The notes under the pieces were generated by a model. It had not been told where the DNA came from and searched no databases. It was given only the letters and a program-made list of their open reading frames with translations. The translations under genes were made by a program, and so were the position numbers. DNA of 64,000 nt from positions 72,106,001-72,170,000 of the forward strand of contig NC_088797.1 in assembly GCF_011386835.1 (NCBI RefSeq). The letters are read 5' to 3'. Shown piece by piece: positions 51,273 through 62,292 of the stretch (its first letter is position 1; the number at the start of each line of letters is the position of its first letter). The DNA is from Chrysemys picta bellii (taxonomy: Eukaryota).

Positions 51273-54200
51273 TGAGCTAATCATCCTGGTAGAGCTGTTT
51301 TACCACAAGGGATGCCCTTTTTTCTTAATATCACAATGATGCATTCTACACGTTTCTCAAGCTTGAGTCATTACTGGAGGCTGCGGTACCACTTTAAGAA
51401 TTGAGGGCAAAAGAAACATTAAAAGGGAGCAAGATTATTTTCATCAGTCCGGCTGAAAGTCCATTTCTTTTTGTTACTAGGACAGAGCTTTCTGTTTCCC
51501 AGTGAAGTCTATTTTGCTTGTATTTCCTATGATTAGTGTTGTTTCCTATTTAAAGGCTATTTCCTTTGTGCAGGCAGAGCACATAATGGCATGATGAACA
51601 GGCTTTATTGGCATGGGTTTGGGATGGTTGTAGTGCACACAGCTCACCCCATCCTGTGTGCTGTACACATGACACATTTTATGGGGGTGGGGAAGGGAAA
51701 TACTATTTTAGAAATGTTTACAAATGTTGTCCCTGATCCCACAAATTCTTACATGACCCAGTAGTCTCTTGCCTTCAATGGCACTACTCAAGGCTACAAA
51801 AATACTTGTGTGGAAGTGATTGCAGGATTGGGGCCTTACTGATGGCTTTTTTTTTTCCACAGCCTTGAGCTGTTGAGCTAGTAGTCAGTGGTCTCAAGCT
51901 CATGTTTCTAACCCAGTTGAGTCACAAGCTATCTGGTCTTCTGTTTGTTGCTGGTTCAGAATTGAGCCTTGCCTGTCCTGATCCCAGGTCAATGTAGTTT
52001 GGGGGGGGGGAGGAAATATTTGGAAAAAGCTAAGTTACCCTTTCAAAATTGCTTTTGGTCTGGAATGTTAGCAGCCTTAGCCAAGGTTCATCACTGTCTT
52101 TCATATATTCCCTTTAGAGTATGCACAGCATTCTACATCCAAATAAAATGGAAGTCCCACAAAGCAGTTAAGGGTGCCCTGTGTGCACGGTTTTCTGTTC
52201 CAAGATTCATCTAGGCTGATTGGTATACAGACTGTTTCCCTTCTGTAATCCTGTTACCTGTGTTTGTGGTAGCTTGCAAAGTAGCCATGTCTGAGCTATA
52301 CCGGTACATTTATTTTGCTGTCATAGTCCTTGTTTTACACAAATATCTCTGCAGCATTTCATGCACTCTCCTAAAATTGCTAATAACCTGGAGCAGAAAT
52401 AAGCTGGACATTAAGGGCTCGACTGTGGCTGAATCTACGTAGGTGAGGAGGAGGAAGAGAAGATGCACCACATGTCTGTTACCCTCACTCACCTTGGTTG
52501 CTAAATGATTTTGCTGTGCTGTACTATCAATGCATTATTGAGGGCTGGATGCTGACCATTCTTAAACATAGAGGTCTACCCTCTCTCCAAGAAACCATCT
52601 CTTGATGCTGGACTGGCTGACCGTTACAGCCATGTCTCAGATTTCTCCCTTTTGGGAAAGAAGATAGAGCTGTGTGTTTTTTTTTTTTTGCTGTTCACTT
52701 TCACATGCCTATAGGCCTCAATAGTATCCTGGGTACATTCCAGTCTGGGTCCCAGACATGCTTGAGAGCTGAGACTGCCCTCCGTTTAGACCTAAAAGGA
52801 AGCAGTCAGGTGATAGACAATTGAATTTCACTACCTAGGGAAGTAAAACCTGGCAGTTCAGTTCCACAGTATTCAATACACAGGAAACCTCTAGAGAAGA
52901 TCATTTCTGAATGTGGCATAGACTAATTTGGTACTTTCATAATACACATCTCATATTTCCTACCCTGTGGAGTTCAGTCTCTACTCTAGATAATTGCTTA
53001 CATAGCAAAGCTCTGATGCATCCAGATGGCAATCTTGTTCTCAGCCCTATAACACTAGCCTTGCTGTTGGGTAGAGGTAATGTAGAGTGCGCATGGTAGC
53101 CTAGGTGCCTTCCAGAACATGTAGGTAGACACGTGTTCCCTGCCCTGATGAGCTTACAATCTAATAGGACACATGCAAGTGCTACAAACAGGTGGCAGTA
53201 TGAACACATAAATCTAGAGGTGTGAAAGACTGGACTTCACTGGTGGAAGTCTTCCATGTGTGAATTCCTGTTTTGACTCTAGAGGTCATCAGTAATGAGA
53301 AGGCCTCTTCTTTGTCACACTAGTCATAGGGAGTTAGATTAAAGATCTTGTCACCCTCTTGACCATGTGCATTCTCTAGAAAGACCAGTATAATGGTTGT
53401 GGTGTGAAAATGTGTCCCACTGTACAGTTTGCACATTCTACATATTTTTCTTATCCCGTGATGACCTTGCAACAGCGAGATGTCTTCCACATAACCTGGG
53501 ACACTAGATTTATTGCAATTCCCTTTCAGTAGGGCTTCCAGCAAGGCAGCTGTACTACTTAAAGCTCGTTCAGAGCTCAGCAGCACCTTTGCTCACTGGT
53601 TTGAGTAATCCTGAGAATAGTGCACCCATTGTGCATTCTTTACATTGGTTGCTGGTAAATTAACAGATTAAATACAACAAGGAAAGATGAGTTAGATGTT
53701 GCATATATTCTGAATGTTTCCCCTTGTTCCTTTGAATATCAGCCTGCCCCCAGAACAGTAATGTTTTAGGAAGTGTTATGTTGCAAAGCACCTAAGTAAT
53801 TCATGTGTGTGCATGGGCCTGCTTCAGAAATAGTAGTAGTATGGATTGTCATGATTTTTATTAGCAAGGATCAATAAGCATGTGACATTAGTCACATTCA
53901 GTCCTGACAAGGCCATTTTGACCAAAGGCCTTTTTCGAGTAGGCGAAAACTAATAATGATACTTAGCAATGGTCTGACATTTACAGGCTGCGATTTCCAA
54001 TTCCCTTTGAAAAATTTCAGCAGACATTGTCAATGCACTTTACACTCCTTAGCTATGTTGCAGTTCCTGCAGGTAAAACCAGTTAACCCCTATTTTATGC
54101 ATGGAGAAGCTGAGATGGAAATAGGCCAAACTCTGCTCTGTTTTGCTAGTGTAAACTTGGAGTAACTCCACTTAAAGTCAATGGAATATACCAGCAGGCT

Positions 54201-56621
54201 TCAACTGGGCCATGGTAGTCCTGAACCCAGTCTTGGGAGTGGGCCATGAGGTTGGTGCTTCTGTTGGAGCTGCTGCTGTAGGTACATGAAGGACTGGGAA
54301 GGAAGCACTACAGACTAACACGAGACCAGCAAAGACAGAGGCTGCAAGATGGATGGAAGAATGCTTTGCCAGGGCTGGACACTTGCTTCTCTTCAGCATG
54401 CATATAGCTCCCATCTCAAGGGAACGTGTTCCCAGCAGATATACCACTCCTAGGCTTTTGGGAGAAGGAAGAGAAGTGAAAAATCCCCTTGTCTGACCTG
54501 TGGCTCCTTGCCTCCAAATTACCTGGGCTTTCAGAAGGTGTGTGAAGGTTAATGCAGGTGACTTGGGTTGGCAAGTCTTTTGCCTTTCTCTGTGGTAGAA
54601 TATGTAGAGGAAGGGGAATCTGTGTTGGAGTTGAATGGGGTGTTGGTGGGCGTGAGAGTGGAGGAGGAAAAAGAAAAAGGTCAGGAGAAAGCATGAGCTC
54701 ATTCATTGTAGGGCCACGTTGTCTTTCTGTAGGCCCTGTGAATCTTGGCTATGGTAATGTACACTGGTATAAATGGGAGCAGAAACTCTCCCATGGAGAG
54801 AAGTGATTGTATGAGGCAGTGTGAGCCCTGTGGTGGAATGTCAGAGGGCCAGGTTCCCACTCCAGTAACTAGACCACCAGATCATTAATATTTATAATGC
54901 CTACAGTATGGTGGGCCCTCTGCAGAACACAGAGGTGGGCCCCTAATGTCCTGGTGAGCTTATAGTCTTATGACAGACATGACACAGCAAATGATCTATG
55001 AACAATAGATGAGGAAAGAGGAGGGTGGGTGGATGAGGGTTACAAAAATAGTTAGGCTGTAACTTAGTTGATATGCACTCAATCCAAACTATGTGCTACA
55101 ACATGTACCAGCCACTCACTACACCACTAACAATCACACCTCGCCCAGACTGCCCACTGCCAAGATGAGACAGCTTGTAATGACTTTCAGATAAAGCCAG
55201 CTTACAAGCAGGGGAACGCATACCTATAAGGTACTGGGACACTCCTGGTCCCTCTTCTGTGTGATATCCATGAAGTAGTTACAGGTGTCAGGAGATCACA
55301 GGGGTGCAGAAGCTGTGAAGACCTCACTGGACCACAACCTTCTACCACCCCAACCCACAGGTGCAGATGCTACTACCAATGTGATTGAGTCCCAGTGGGT
55401 GGCACTGCACCTGGGAAAAGCTTTACCCAGCCCAGGTGGCTGGGAAAAGGGGCCTGTCTTGTATGCCTTTAAAACACTTTCTCCTTACAGTTAAACCTGA
55501 GCTGCAAAGGGAGAAAATTAGGGTTTTGTTCCTTTTTTGAAGTACAAATGTCTGTTCTTTATGTGTAGGTTGCTTGCTTTTTACCCTGAAAATGCCAGAA
55601 ATATCAAATCCAATCTTCCTTGCTTTATAAATAAGTTGAATATTTTGACTTTTTTCTGACAAAACAACTCTTCAGATATTGAAGACTGCTGCCATTACAG
55701 AGTCTAGTGATTGGACTTGTTGCCCTTATAAGGAAGTTAGACTGGAAAATAAACAGCAAGTTCAAATGTGCAAGTGGTGTGTGTGGTGGGTTTTTTTTTG
55801 GCGGGGGTGGGGGGGAGAGTGGTGTTAGCTCTATCCCAGAGAAGAATGCGCTCTACTCCACCTAACAGCTGCGAAACTGTCTGATTGCAAAACAGGTCAG
55901 GTAATGTGATGAGGGATGTGGGGGGTACGCAGACTGGGCCTTTGAAAACCTGGCCTTCCATATCCGCCTCAGAAGTAATGGAGCTGTGGCAGTTTGTGGA
56001 ATTCGCAGTAGCAGCAGCAGTGGCCACATTAACAGTCCACTGGTACGTTCCAGTAAGTTGTGTGTGTGTGTGTGGGGGGGGGGGTTTGGTTTAGAATACT
56101 CTTACAAAAAGAGGAAAATAAAACAAAGTACATTTTAACTTGCTGGTGAGCTACAGTCATTTTTAGCTGTTACCACAGCAACGGAAGAGCACCATACACT
56201 GGGTACATTTTCCTCCCCATTCACTGCTTACTAGTAGTTAACGGCTGAGGACTAGATAGGCATTTAAAATATCACCCAGCTAATGAGCTCAAATGAAGGC
56301 ATGGATTGTTAGAAGTCTGACACCACTACACAGCACCTAGGTCAATAGCTATGGAATAGGAGTCAATTCAGTAGCCTTTATCTAGCAGATAATTACCTGC
56401 AGGGGTGATGAATCCCTGGGACTGGAGGAACCTTTTTGTGGCAGATAAAGGAATACTAAGGCTTTACTGCTGCTATAAATGTCAGAAAATAACCCAAAAC
56501 AAGAAATTCCTACAAGAAGGCTGATAGTTTGTTTTTCTCCTTTGCCACTCCAATTTTCAGAGTAATATAATGGGGTTTATAGAGGACTGTTTATGCCAAG
56601 AAACGATGCTGTTGTCTCTTA

Positions 56622-56910
56622 GGGCATGTCTACACTTACCTCCAGTGATCGACCGAGCGGGGGGTTGATTTATTGCGTCTAGTGAAGACGCAATAAATTG
56701 ACTGCCAAGTGCTCTCCCGTTGACTCTAGTACTCCACTGGAGTGAGAAGTGTAGGCGGAGTCGACGGGGGAGCATCAGCAGTTGACCTACTGTAGTGAAG
56801 ACACCACGGTAAGTAGATCTAAGTACATCGACTTCAGCTACATTATTCATGTAGCTGAAGTTGCATAACTTAGATTGGCACCCCCCCAACACACACACAC
56901 AGACCAGGCC
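56622..56910. mobile_element. Harbinger-type MITE
   Basis: TTA-gggcatgtctacact on the left and agaccaggcc-TTA on the right. Internal hairpin ctaagt...acttcagcta...tagctgaagt...acttag resembles 34359-34671. Confidence 0.85.
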
Positions 56911-57441
56911 TTAAATAAAGAACCAAAGTCAATGGGAGCTAATAAAAATTCCACTCATCCTTGTAGCCTTACCTCTTTTGATTGAAATTAATTTGGGATG
57001 AGTTTCCAATTATAGGCTGGATTGGCACCTTGCAATCAAGCCCTGCTAAGGGTCAACATGCGATGTATCTCAGTGTGGTCCATGCTGCTCCCTTGTTCCA
57101 TGGAGGAAGTAACTAGCACCACCCCTTTGCCTGATGCATCTCTGTTACTCTCCACTGTAGCTCAGCTGCTGTCCTGCTCTGCCCAGTCCCTGCTTCTGCC
57201 CGCCCACTCCTCACCTGTCTTTGTAGCAGTCCAGTGATGGCTTTTCATATCTGTAGTCCCCTTGATTTCAATGGGACTAATCACATGCTTTGATGAACTG
57301 GGCCCTATATGCATAAATCTAACACCCCCCTCCTTCTCTCTTCCTTTTTAACATTATCCATTTCACAACAGCATTAAGATATACAGTAGAGAACAATCCA
57401 ACCCTGGTATGGGTATAAACTAAAATAGCCAGAATAGTCTG

Positions 57442-57444
<3 letters not shown>

Positions 57445-57502
<58 letters not shown>
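57445..57502. repeat. (AT)24(AC)5 microsatellite
   Basis: Read directly from the sequence. Confidence 0.95.
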
Positions 57503-57905
57503 TTTAGCTGTAGATTTCAGTAGTATTACTCAAGAGTAAAGTTGGGTACATGGGCCATTGTTTGCGGGAACAGAGCTGAAGATGAATCTGGGGCTGGGCT
57601 ACGAATAGAAATATTTTCCATTATCTTTTCATCTGAAAGCAAACTTCAGTCCTTCCATGTTTGTCCTGTCGGGGCTCAGCACCTACATATTTGAGTGCTT
57701 GATATTTAGTAGTGCAAATCAATGCAAAATTTTCACTTGAATATTATCTGAAAGCAGATCTTGAATTTTGATTACAAAATTCACAACTACTACTTTTTTT
57801 AGTTATGTAAGCTAAATTGGCTTTTTCCCTGATTGAACAACTTATTCACCATTCACACCATACTGATTAGTTACATATTAAAACTGAATATAGTCTTAAC
57901 ATCTT

Positions 57906-58217
57906 TGGGGGACTGTCTCCTGGAAAGCAGTGTCTCTGAAAAGGATCTAGGGATTTATACTGGATAAGCAACTCAACATGAGCTCCCAGTGCAATGCTCA
58001 GGCAACAAGGGTGTTATGCTTGAATGTATAAACCTGGGAGTTTGAGAGTAGCAGTGGGGAGGTGATTTTTACCATGTACAATTCTGGCGTCCACTTTCTT
58101 AAAAAAAAAGGATGTTGTAAAATTGGAGAGGGTGCAGAAAAGAGCAACAAAATGATTCAAGAGCTGGAGAAAATGCCTCTACAGTGAGAAACAAGCCCAA
58201 ATCTGTTTAGTTTCTTA
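57906..58217 (+). mobile_element. CR1 ORF2 3' fragment, interrupted by the Harbinger
   Basis: Contains ggaaagcagtgtctctgaaaaggatctaggg, caacatgagctcccagtgc and aaattggagagggtgcagaaaagagcaacaaaatgatt (KLERVQKRATKMI). Confidence 0.8.
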
Positions 58218-58602
58218 GCTCTGGTCTACACTACGAGTTTAGGTCAAAATTAGCAGTGTTAGATCGATTTAACCCTGCACCCATCCACAGGATGAAGCCA
58301 TTTTTGTTGACTTAAAGGGCCTTAACATCTATTTCTGTACTCCTCCCTGATGAGGGGATTAGCACTGAAATAGACATCGGGTCAAATTTGGGGTAGTGTG
58401 GATGCAATTCAATGTTGTTGGCCTCCGGGAGCTATCCCAGAGTGCTCCATTGTGACCGCTCTGGACAGCACTCTCAACTCAGATGCACTGACCAGGTAGA
58501 CAGGAAAAGCCCTGTGAACTCTTGAATTTCATTTCCTGTTTGGCCAGCATGGCAAGCTGATCAGCACAGGTGACCATGGAGAGTTCGTCAGCAAAGGTGA
58601 CC

Positions 58603-59085
58603 ATGGAGTCCCAGAATCGCAAAAGAGCTCCAGCATGCACTGAACGGGAGGTACTGGATCTGATTGCTGTATGGGGAGACGAATCTGTGCTATCAGAACT
58701 CCGTTCCAAAAGATGAAATGCCAAAATATTTGAAAAAAATCTACAGAGGCTATAACAGGGACCCACAACAGTGCCGCGTGAAACTTAAGGAGCTCAGGCA
58801 AGTCTACCAAAGAGGCAAATGGCCACTCCGGGTCAGACCCCCAGACATGCCACTTCTATGATGAGCTGCATGCAATTTGGGGTGGGGAGGCACCACTACC
58901 CCACCCCAGTTTGTGGACTCCTGCAAGGGGGGGAGTCTCACACAACAGGGATGAGGAGGAGGGTAGTGCACAGCAGGCAAGTGGAGAAACCATTCTCCTT
59001 GACAGCCAGGAACTGTTTATTACCCTGGAGCCAATACCCTCCCAAGGCGGGCTCCTGGACCTTGAAGGCAGAGAAGGCACCTCTG
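58603..59085 (+). pseudogene. Harbinger Myb/SANT-like DNA-binding protein, exon 1
   Basis: Reads MESQNRKRAPACTEREVLDLIAVWGDESVLSELRSKR*NAKIFEKI, then in another frame GYNRDPQQCRVKLKELRQVYQ. In-frame TGA at 58714, frameshifts, donor CTCTG|GTGAGT at 59086. Confidence 0.8.
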
Positions 59086-59612
59086 GTGAGTGTACCTTTG
59101 TAAATATAATACTTGGTTTAAAAGCAAGCATCTTTAATGATTGATTTTGCCCTGAAGACTTGGGATGCATTTGCGGCCAGTACAGCTACAGGAATGCATT
59201 CAAGCAACATGTGTCCTTTATCTCTCTGTGTTATCCTCAGGAGAGTGATATCACTCATGGTCACCTGGTTGAAATAGGGGAATTTTATTAAGGGCACATT
59301 CAGAAGTGGCCATTCTTGCTGGGCTGTATGCCTGTGGCTGAAAAGAAATCATCCCTGCTGTTAGCCACATGTTGTGGGGAGGGGTGAAGCAATCATCCCA
59401 GAGAATTGGGTGTGTCTGTGGGGAGGGGGTTAGTTGGGTTTGTGCTGCATGTTAATCCAAAAACCGGCAGGCCCTCAATATAAGAGGCAAAATGTGACCT
59501 TGTACCGAAAGCACATGTGCTATGTAATGTTAATAGCTTGGTTCACTGTGAAAGTCTATCCATTGTTCTCTCAAATGTTTCTTTTTAAAGAATACTTTTT
59601 CCCCTCCCACAG

Positions 59613-60115
59613 CTGCAAATGTTTCAATGCTCCCCCTATCATCTCTGTCCCAGAGGCTAGCGCAGATAACAAGGTGAAAAAAACACTCGTGATTAAATGT
59701 TCTCTGAGCTCATGCAGTCCTCCCGCACTGAAAGAGCTCAGTGGAATGCGTGGAGGCAAACAATGGCAGAGTCCAGGAAAGCAGAAAATGAACGTGAGGA
59801 CAGGAGGGATGAGCAAGAGGAAAGGGTGGCGGGAGCAAGAGGAGAGGTGGCAGCAGCGTGATGAGGAGGCAGGATGCAATGCTGAGGATACTGGAGGATC
59901 AAACTGATATGCTCTGGCATATGGTTGAAGTGCAGGAAAGGCAGCAGGAGCACAGACTGCTGCTGCAGCCCCTGTGTAACCACCTGCCCTCCTTCCCAAG
60001 TTCCATAGCTTCCTCACTCAGATGCCCAAGAACACAGGGTGGGGGGGGGTCTCCGGGCACCCAACCACTCCACCCCAGAGGACTGCCCAAGCAACAGAAG
60101 GCTGGCATTCAATAA
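59613..60115 (+). pseudogene. Harbinger Myb/SANT-like protein, exon 2 (coiled-coil-like, frameshifted)
   Basis: Acceptor tttttcccctcccacAG ends at 59612. Includes RRQDAMLRILEDQTDMLWHMVEVQERQQEHRLLLQPL and ends at TAA 60113-60115. Confidence 0.65.
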
Positions 60116-60116
60116 G

Positions 60117-60118
<2 letters not shown>

Positions 60119-60169
<51 letters not shown>
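60119..60169. repeat. poly(T)51
   Basis: Homopolymer starting 4 nt after the Myb-gene stop codon. Confidence 0.9.
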
Positions 60170-60170
<1 letters not shown>

Positions 60171-60283
60171 AAATGCAGTGTGGCCTTGTCCTCCCCTCCT
60201 CCACCACCCCACCCGGTGCTTCCCTCCTCCACCACCCATCTCGGGCTACCTTGGCAGTTATCCCCCTATGTGTGTGGTGGATT

Positions 60284-60323
60284 AATAAAGAATGCATGAT
60301 TTTGAAACAACAATGACTTTATT
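60284..60323. terminator. bidirectional polyadenylation region of the two Harbinger genes
   Basis: AATAAA on + at 60284-60289 and on - at 60318-60323, between the converging stop codons. Confidence 0.5.
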
Positions 60324-60426
60324 GCCTCTGCAAGCGCTGATTGAACAGGGAAGATCAGTTGGCTTACAGGGAAGTAGAGTGAACCAAGGGGGGTGGGTTA
60401 TCATCAAGGAGAAACAATCAGAACTC

Positions 60427-61706
60427 TCACACCATAGCCTGGCCAGGCATGAAACTGGTTTTCAAAGCTTCTCTGATAAGCAGCGAGCCCTGCTGTGCTC
60501 TTCTAACCGTCCTGGTGTCTGGCTGCACGTAAGCAGCAGCCAGGTGATTTGCCTCAACCTTCCACCCCGCCATAAACGTCTCTCCCCTACTCTCTCAGAT
60601 ATTGTGGAGCACACAGCAAGCAGCAATAACAATGGGAATATTGGTTTCGCCGAGGTCTAACTGAGTCTGTAAACTGCACCAGCGTGCTTTTAAACATCCA
60701 AATGCACATTCTACCACCATTCTGCACTTGCTCAACCTATAGTTGAACTGCTCCTTACTACTGTCCAGGATGCCTGTGTATGGCTTCATGAGCCATGGCA
60801 TTAAAGGGTAGGCTGGGTTCCCAAGGATAACTATAGGCATTTCAACACCCCCAACAGTTATTTTCTGGTCTGGGAAGTAAGTCCCTTCCTGCAGCTGTTC
60901 AAACAGACCAGAGTTCCTGAAGATGCAAGTGTCATGCAACTTTCCCGGCCATCCCACATTGATGTCAGTGAAACGTCCCTTGTGATCCACCAGTGCTTGC
61001 AGCACCATTGAAAAGCACCCGTTGCAGTTTATGTACTGGCTGTCAAGGTGATCCAGTCCCAAGATAGGGATATGCGTTCCGTCTATTGCCCCACTACAGT
61101 TAGGGAATCCCATTGCAGCAAAGCCATCCACTATGACCTGCACATTTCCCAGAGTTACTACCCTTGATAGCAGCAGCTCAGTGATTGGGTTGGCTACATG
61201 GATCACTGCAACCCCCACAGTAGATTTGCCCACTCCAAATTGATTCCCAACTGACCAGTAGCTGTCTGACGTTGCAAGTTTCCAGAGGGCTATTGCCACT
61301 CACTTGTGAACTGAGAGGACTGCTCTTATCTTGCTATTCTTGCGCTTTAGGGCAGGGGAAAGCAAGTCACAAAGTTCCAGCAAAGTGCCCTTATGCATGC
61401 AAAAGTTTCGCAGCTACTGGGAATCGTCCCAGACCTGCAAAACTGTGGTCCCACCAGTCTGCTTGTTTCTCGGGCCCAGAATCGGCATTCAACAGCATGA
61501 ACCTGCTCCATTGCTACCAGGATATCCAAATTGCCGGGGCCCATACTTTGAGAGACATCTGTGTCCGTGTCCTCATGACTCTCGTCACCGTGCTGCCATC
61601 GCTTCCTCACCTGCTTTTGCAGGTTCTGGTTCTGAATATACTGCAGGATAATACGTGAGGTGTTTACAATGCTCATAACTGCCACGGTGATCTGAGCGGG
61701 CTCCAT
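60427..61706 (-). pseudogene. Harbinger DDE transposase (HARBI1-like family)
   Basis: Start MEPAQ at 61706. A 234-aa open block (60595-61299) contains GAIDGTHIPI, LQALVDHKGRFTDINVGWPGKLHD, ILGNPAYPL (family GDxAY, so D>N) and RMVVECAFGCLKARW. There is a frameshift near 61450, a premature TGA at 60595, and the likely native stop at 60427. Confidence 0.9.
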
Positions 61707-61745
61707 GCTTGCTGTGGTATGGCATCTGCAGGAGAGCAGAGTTTT

Positions 61746-61918
61746 TAATATATGGAGATCGGATATCTCCTAGAACTGGAAGGGACCTCAAAAGGTCATT
61801 GAGTCCAGCTGCCTGCCTTCACTAGCAGGACCAAGTACTGATTTTGCCTCAGATCCCTAAGTGGCCCCCTCAAGGATTGAACTCACAACCCTGGGTTTAG
61901 CAGGCCCATGCTCAAACC
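61746..61918 (-). mobile_element. tortoise-type tRNA-derived SINE with CR1-like tail, 5' end clipped
   Basis: Minus strand reads ggtttgagcatgggcctgctaaacccagggttgtGAGTTCAATCCttgagggggcc (B box), followed by a CR1-like tail gaccttttgaggtcccttccagttcta. The A-box region is absent. Confidence 0.85.
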
Positions 61919-62048
61919 CATGTTTTAGCCAAATACAAGTTATTGAGGCCCAATACAGGGGTAACTGGCTAAAATGTAATGGCCTGTAATATACAGGAGG
62001 GCCAACTAGATGATCTAATGCTCCCCGTTGGTATTAAATTCTATGAAT
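61919..62048 (+). mobile_element. CR1 3' terminus
   Basis: Contains ggggtaactggctaaaatgtaatggcctgtaatatacaggagggccaactagatgatc and ends ATTCTATG, the CR1 terminal octamer. Confidence 0.8.
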
Positions 62049-62056
62049 TGAAAATA

Positions 62057-62292
62057 CACCTCTACCCTGATATAATGCAGTCCTTGGGAGCCAAAAATCC
62101 CTACTGTGTTATAGGTGAAACACCGTTATATCAGGGTAGTGGCGGCAGGGCTTCAGCAGTGATTTAAAGAGCCTGGGGCTCCCTGCAGCAGCCGGAGCCC
62201 CAGGCCCTTTAAAGCACCGCCCGAGCCCCAGGGTCACCACGCTATATGTGAACCCATGTTATATTGGGATGCATTATATCGGGGTAGAGGTG
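62057..62292. mobile_element. Tc1/mariner-pogo MITE, same family as 12139-12325
   Basis: TA-cacctctaccctgatataa on the left and ttatatcggggtagaggtg on the right, with the shared subterminal gggagccaaaaa...gttataggtgaaac. Confidence 0.85.

Larger units (their letters stand above)
58218..61745. mobile_element. decayed autonomous-type PIF/Harbinger DNA transposon, right end missing
   Basis: Left terminus TTA-gctctggtctacacta resembles the MITE TIRs in this window. It carries a convergent Myb/SANT gene (+) and DDE transposase gene (-). No right TIR was found. Confidence 0.9.

Noticed and set aside
58561-58608. 27-bp duplication giving two in-frame ACCATGG starts for the Myb gene
   Set aside because: Real, but probably a family-wide trait, and the gene has a stop at 58714, so it has no consequence at this locus.
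60014-60299. poly-Lys and poly-Phe ORFs
   Set aside because: Translations of the T51 homopolymer.
61860-61918. tRNA gene
   Set aside because: It is the tRNA-derived head of a SINE, with its 5' end missing and a CR1-like tail attached.
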